Shown: piece by piece, positions 57,531 through 64,000 of the stretch | Layout of the letters: every line of letters starts with the position of its first letter | Numbering within the stretch: the first letter of the stretch is position 1 | Assembly: GCA_951406725.2 (NCBI GenBank) | Contig: OX597824.1 | Location: 17,794,001 to 17,858,000 of the forward strand | DNA from: Octopus vulgaris | Lineage: Eukaryota | Direction: 5' to 3' | Length of the DNA stretch: 64,000 nt | The notes under the pieces: generated by a model | What the model was told of the DNA's origin: nothing | Database searches by the model: none | Seen by the model: only the letters and a program-made list of their open reading frames with translations | Made by a program: the position numbers and the translations under genes

Positions 57531-58239
57531 AACATATGTCATTCTTCCTAAACGTTTGGAGCCAACTCGCTTAACTTGAATTGTTCTTTATTTACGATAC
57601 CTGCGTACGTAACAAAGCTATCCGTTTCATTCCTTTTCAAATTCTGGTATTCCCAGCGAATGTTAAATAATGAACTCCTTTCGCTGAACAACTTCGGTAA
57701 TAGGCTAATTGTTTCCTCGAAACAAATTTCTGGCGGTTTCCTTGGAGAGATGAAATTACAATATTGTTCGTATTCTGCCGGTGCTAATTTTCGTAAAAGA
57801 AGCCTTACCTTCTTTTCGTATGTCCAACTTTTACATTCTTCTTTTCATATTTTCTCATACCTGTTAAAGTATGCCGAAAACATAATCCATTCTTCGGGAT
57901 TCTAAATAATTTCTTCTAAATAATTTCTAAATAATTAGCTACTCCATCCGCCGAAAACGAACCTGACGTGTTCTTCGACTGCAGCAATAATTCCAACAAC
58001 TATTGAGTTTCCTTTTGTTATTGTTGCTGTTTCCGTTGTTCTTGTGACTGCAGTAGAAGTTGCTGTTGGAACTGTTGCTGTACCACGCAGAAGCTCATTA
58101 TTTAACATTCGCTGGGAATACCAGAATTTGAAAAAAGAATGAAACGGGTGGCTTTGTTACGTACGCAGGTATCGTAAATAAAGAAAAATTCAAGTTAAGC
58201 GAGTTAGCTCCAAACGTTTAGGAAGAGTGGCATATGTTG
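57531..58239. repeat. inverted duplication (about 57531-57678 vs 58093-58239)
   Basis: ttcctaaacgtttggag...ggtattcccagcgaatgttaaataatga is reverse-complemented downstream. Confidence 0.8.
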
Positions 58240-58530
58240 AAAGTTCTTCCATGCTAAGAACTCTGAATGTTTCACTATTATGAAGTGCACAGCTTTATAT
58301 TATTTTTCACTGCACGAAATTCGAAAACTCGCCTCCACTTTTGTGAAGTGCGTGGAATTAGAATCCTTGTCACCACTTTTGTGTGTCGTTCGAATCCTTG
58401 TTGCCACTGTTCTGATGTTTAATGTAGTTGAGGACTTACTGAGTATTAATTCACCAACCGTTCATGTCACCAACACGTAATCCAACGATATATCTTCTAT
58501 TTAGCTTCTGCGACTCAGTATGAATATATA

Positions 58531-58750
58531 TTTCTTTACTACCCACAAGGGGCTAAACACAGAGAGGAAAAACAAACGGATTAAGTCGATTATATCGACC
58601 CCAGTGCGTAACTGGTACTTATTTAATCGACCCCGAAAGGATGAAAGGTAAAGTCGACCTCGGCGGAATTTGAACTCACAACGTAGCGGCAGACGAAATA
58701 CGGCTACGCATTTCGCCCGGCTTGCTAACGTCTCTGCCAGCTCACCGCCT
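58531..58750 (-). mobile_element. SINE family A monomer
   Basis: Family A; ctcagtatgaatatat is repeated at about 58515 and 58776. Confidence 0.8.
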
Positions 58751-58919
58751 TATATTATGATCATTTGTCTTTTGTCTCAGTATGAATATATGGCTGCGCT
58801 TACGATACTCTTTGATTTTTTATTACCCACAAGGAACTACACAAAGAGGGGACGATACAGGATATTACAAGTGGGGCAAAAAAAATCGAATGAGAAAATG
58901 TATTATGAATTAAAGAAAT

Positions 58920-60115
58920 GATGCTCACCCGTGCCCCACGACCCAGGCAACATCATTGAACATTTTTAAGAAAAAAACTAACATAAATTATCAAAGTTTT
59001 CCTTTTTCACTTCCCTTGCTTTTGTCACCTCAGATTTTTGGTGTTTTCCTTTTTGATTCTCTTCGTTTGTTTCTGCTGTTAAATGTTCTCGTGTGTTCTT
59101 GTTCGTCTTGTAATTTCTGGCTTCTTTTGTCTGTGGGAGGGAGAGAACGAGTAATTTTCGATTTTATCTTCCTCCCAGCCACCTGCCATTCACCGTCACA
59201 CATCTCTGTAGAAGTTCTCAAAGGTGCTACCTCCTTCGACTCCCCTTTTATCGTCTCCTCCTCCTGCTTCTCCTTCCGCTCTGTAGTTGAAGTAGACGGT
59301 GTGTCTTTCTCTGTCTCCACCATAACCTGCTCCTCCTCCCTCTCCTCTTCCGTTCTCTCTTGTTGTATACTGGCCTCCATCTGGTTTTCTCCCTGTGCTT
59401 CAGGTTGTAGGCTCTGGGGCACGTTTATCTTACGTGCCCTTTCTCCCACACACCCGAATCACTTTGGTGACCTTCACTCTTGTATCATCCAAAATGATGA
59501 CAAACTCCGGTACGCTATCAATTTTTGCTGATGTGACTTGGATTGTTGCTCTTACGCCCCTGTCATACTAGTTCCGGGTACTTGTTTCTTCCAACTCCAT
59601 GAGTACCACATCTTCTTCTATGTTAGCGAAAGCCGCTGCCAGGAGCCACATTGGTTTGATTTCCGGATCGAATTCGTTTATTCCTATCTTAGTCGTTCTT
59701 TTGCAGAGATATGACGGCAAAAGATCCATTTCTCCTGTCTGCAGGGTGGTCACCAAGTCAGACTTGGCATCGCTCTCAGCCACAAACTACGTCTCCACCG
59801 TTCCATAACTCCTTCAGTTTCTACATAATAACCTTCTACATAATACATGCGCCATTTTCTACACAATAGGCTGTTACGCTATCAATTTTTCTGGTCTTCA
59901 AAGATGGCGTCCTATAAACAATTGCTCTTTCCTTAATCCCTTCCATCACAAACTTGGGATGAGTTAACTTCACGTTGGCTCCCTCCCTCTGAAGAAAGGA
60001 CTGAAACTTCTTGACTACCTCCGGCTTGATGCTTAAGCGTTTGATCCTTCTTCGTGCCTCAGCTTCATAATCACCCGTAATTTCTCCGGAATCACTTGTG
60101 TAGTCCGCTTCATCC
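58920..60115 (-). pseudogene. degenerate gag/ORF1-like region of a retroelement with a CCHC zinc knuckle
   Basis: With a frameshift, about 59480-59415 reads RSPK*FGC..EKGHVR*TCP (C-x2-C-x4-H-x4-C remnant), followed by an E/K-rich tail. Confidence 0.5.
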
Positions 60116-60129
60116 TCGCTGTATATATA

Positions 60130-60942
60130 TCTTTATATATAAAAGAGAGGTTGTGTGTCTGTCTCCTACGATTTCGATTCCTAACTACTCCCACATTTTG
60201 CGGTGCAGTTTAACCAAAACCGGGTATCTTATACCCGTGATTCATATCGAGCCCTTCTGGGTATTAGCGCGCGTCTACGATGAGTCTACGATTTAAAAAA
60301 AAAATTACCATCATTTTTTTCCATTTTAATGCATTTTTTTCCATTTTAATGCATTTTTTTCGCTATTATATAAGGGAAGTAACTCTCTAAAAATGTCTAC
60401 GATGAGTCAACGATTTTTTAAAAAATTAGCATAATTTTTTCCATTTTTAATGCATGTTTTTGCTATTTTTTGGCTATAACTCTCTAAAAATGCTTATATA
60501 GTTATTTTCCTTACAAACCCGAGCAACGCCGGGCGATACTGCAAGTCTTTATATATAAAAGAGAGGTTGTGTGTCTGTCTCCAACGATTTAGATTCCTAA
60601 CTACTCCCACATTTTGCGGTGCAGTTTAACCAAAACCGGGTATCTTATAGTCGTGATTCATATCGAGCCCTTCTGGGTATTAGCGCGCGTCTACGATGAG
60701 TGTACGATTTAAAAAAAAAAATACCACCATTGTTTTCCATTTTAATGCATTTTTTTCGCTATTATATAAGGGACGTAACTCTCTAAAAATGTCTACGATG
60801 AGTCAACGATTTAAAAAAAATTTACCATCATTTTCTTTCCATTTTAATGCATTTTTTTGCTATTTTTTGGCTATAACTCTCTAAAAATGCTTATATAGTT
60901 ATTTCCCTTACAAACCCGAGCAACGCCGGGCGATACTGCTAG
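60130..60942 (+). mobile_element. head-to-tail dimer of Helitron H1 (60130-60545, 60546-60942)
   Basis: Each unit runs TC...cccgagcaacgccggg hairpin. The first ends CAAG, the second CTAG. Outer flanks are A|...|T. Confidence 0.85.
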
Positions 60943-61780
60943 TTCTATATAAATATGAATATTCTTAAGTGCAACATTTTAAATAAAATTAGTTACCAAA
61001 AATGAATTGGTTGCCTGAAGATCGTTACCAAATATGTCACACTTTCATCTGTTGTTCACTTGTAGAATTCTCAGCATTTAATATTTTCGCTTATTCACAT
61101 ACATATTCACGTGATATTTGCACTTCCTTTGTATTATTGGTAAGCAATATTTAAAAGTAAGATAAGGGGTTAATTCAAACGAAAATCTTTAAAGCCGCTT
61201 AAAAATCTAATGTCTCTATTTTCTTCTCAACTTCCTAAACCAATAACAATTCTATGACTAATTTCATAGGTTGAAGTTCTTCAGCAACGCTGCCTGAAAC
61301 TGACTGGTAGAGTCGACATTTTACAAATTTCAAAAATTTGTAATATTTTCTTAAGAGAAAGTAAGTCACCTCTCGTGATACGATTCATTTATAATAAAGA
61401 TAAAAAAAGATAATAATATTGTAATTTGATAATATACCAATCCAATTTATCATTGTTGATATTGTCGTCTCATAATCGATTCATTTCTTGAGAGGAAAAT
61501 CATATCTTGAATACATATTTTGCTGTATTCATAAATATATTTATCTGTACAGTGTAACTTTACTTCCCTGCAGAAAAAAACATTATCTATAAACCATTAG
61601 ATGAAACTTGTAGGATTCTCGAATCTTCTGATGATCATATAATACACATACACACACACACATATATATATATATACATGTGCATATATATATATATGTG
61701 TGTGTATGTGTGTGTGTGAGTGTGTGTATGTGTATGTATGTATATGTGTTTATATATATATATTATCTTCCAAGTCCAAG

Positions 61781-61876
61781 TTAATGGTTCGCTGTTTCAC
61801 CATTCGTTTACGGCATGAACTTACACTTGCATGGCTTAAGCTTTGAGACAAGCATATGACTACTAGCAGGATCAAC
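61781..61876 (-). pseudogene. 18S rRNA 5'-end fragment (dispersed rDNA piece)
   Basis: Reverse complement gttgatcctgctagtagtcatatgcttgtctcaaagcttaagccatgcaagtgtaagt...gtgaaacagcgaa matches the universal eukaryotic 18S 5' end with a few substitutions. Confidence 0.85.
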
Positions 61877-62699
61877 ACACACACACACACATATGCACAC
61901 GCACACGCGCGCACACACACACACACACGCATATACATATATATATATAAAGTCCTCAGTAAAACTCCATTTGTTACTTTTTAACGAGTTTTCCCTCATT
62001 ATTTTCTTGATTAAAACACATTAATCTCCCATCTCCTATGCATTTTTTGCACACACTTATTCATACACAGACACACACACATAAATTAGCGCGCGCTTAC
62101 GGTATATATATAAAGATACACAGAAATTCCACCCAAGTGGCTAATGCACACAGATACCGAAATCCTCTCCATTATAGACATAATAGGCTGAAATAAACCC
62201 ATAGAAATCTCACACAACACTTAAAGACACATTGAAGATTTAGATTTACACGTGAAAATGAACTCCCACGTTCATAGATATAATACATATATACCCGTCT
62301 TCACAAGAGCCTTAAACACCAATACCACCCCGAAATCACCCCCAGCCGTATACCAACTCCCCACACAGCAATTCTTTCTACATTTATTCCTCTCCTGGAT
62401 AACTCATCAATTTAGTTTTACGTCGATGTTTCCGTCTAAGTATGTGTGCGATTGCATTGTATTTAGTGGATGTGCGTGTAGTTCAGTGTGTACGTGTTTT
62501 CTTTTCTTCGCCACTTTCGTTTTCATTAACTGTCTCCTCTAATCTTCGGGGACAAGGAATATTCCTTTTGATCTTTTTTCTAATATCTTCTAAAAGAAAC
62601 AATAAAAAAATTATTTTTTGTAGCAACTTCTTTTTTTGGCTTTTATTACCTACATACATAGATATATCTTTCCACCTATACATACATACGTACGTACAT

Positions 62700-63705
<1,006 letters not shown>

Positions 63706-64000
63706 ATGTGTGACGGTGTGTGTGTTTATCTGTGTAAGTGTATATGTGTTTGTGTGTGTATGTGTTTGTATGTGTGTGTGCTGTGTATTATATGTAGTAT
63801 TATCTCTAAATATAGCGCTGCTTGATCTCACCATACAACTGATGACAGGTGCTGTTATACATTTACAAAATGTCTAGAAACATTGCCTCCTGCACGGCTC
63901 CCCCGACACCACAGAAACACGCAACGCACCGTCCCCCCCCCCCACCACCACCTACATATCTCAGCCTCCCAAAAACCCCCATTCCCTTCCCATCGAAATA

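Overview
This is AT-rich eukaryotic non-coding DNA, saturated with (TA)n, (TTA)n, (TAGA)n and (CA)n microsatellites and interspersed repeats. The SINE families and microsatellite load look like a coleoid cephalopod (Octopus-like) genome; that is an inference from recalled repeat families, not a database hit. No intact protein-coding gene is visible, and nearly all ORFs in the track are microsatellite or SINE translations. Recognisable content: several tRNA-headed SINE families, non-autonomous Helitrons (one head-to-tail dimer), two TA-flanked MITEs, a mariner transposase pseudogene, R4/Dong-like and Jockey/CR1-like LINE fragments, a fragmented Penelope-like (RT to GIY-YIG) ORF and an 18S rRNA 5' fragment. 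The most interesting signal is a set of hammerhead-ribozyme (HHR) retroelements inserted in (TA)n. (1) A non-coding, retrozyme-like element at 25819-26617 has two canonical type I HHRs whose cleavage sites are 493 nt apart. (2) An inverted-repeat element at 3729-4051 has a minimal HHR with a compensatory G3:C8 core swap. (3) A six-copy family has a minimal HHR-like fold with an atypical CUGUNGA core. All folds were derived by eye and none is shown to be active.
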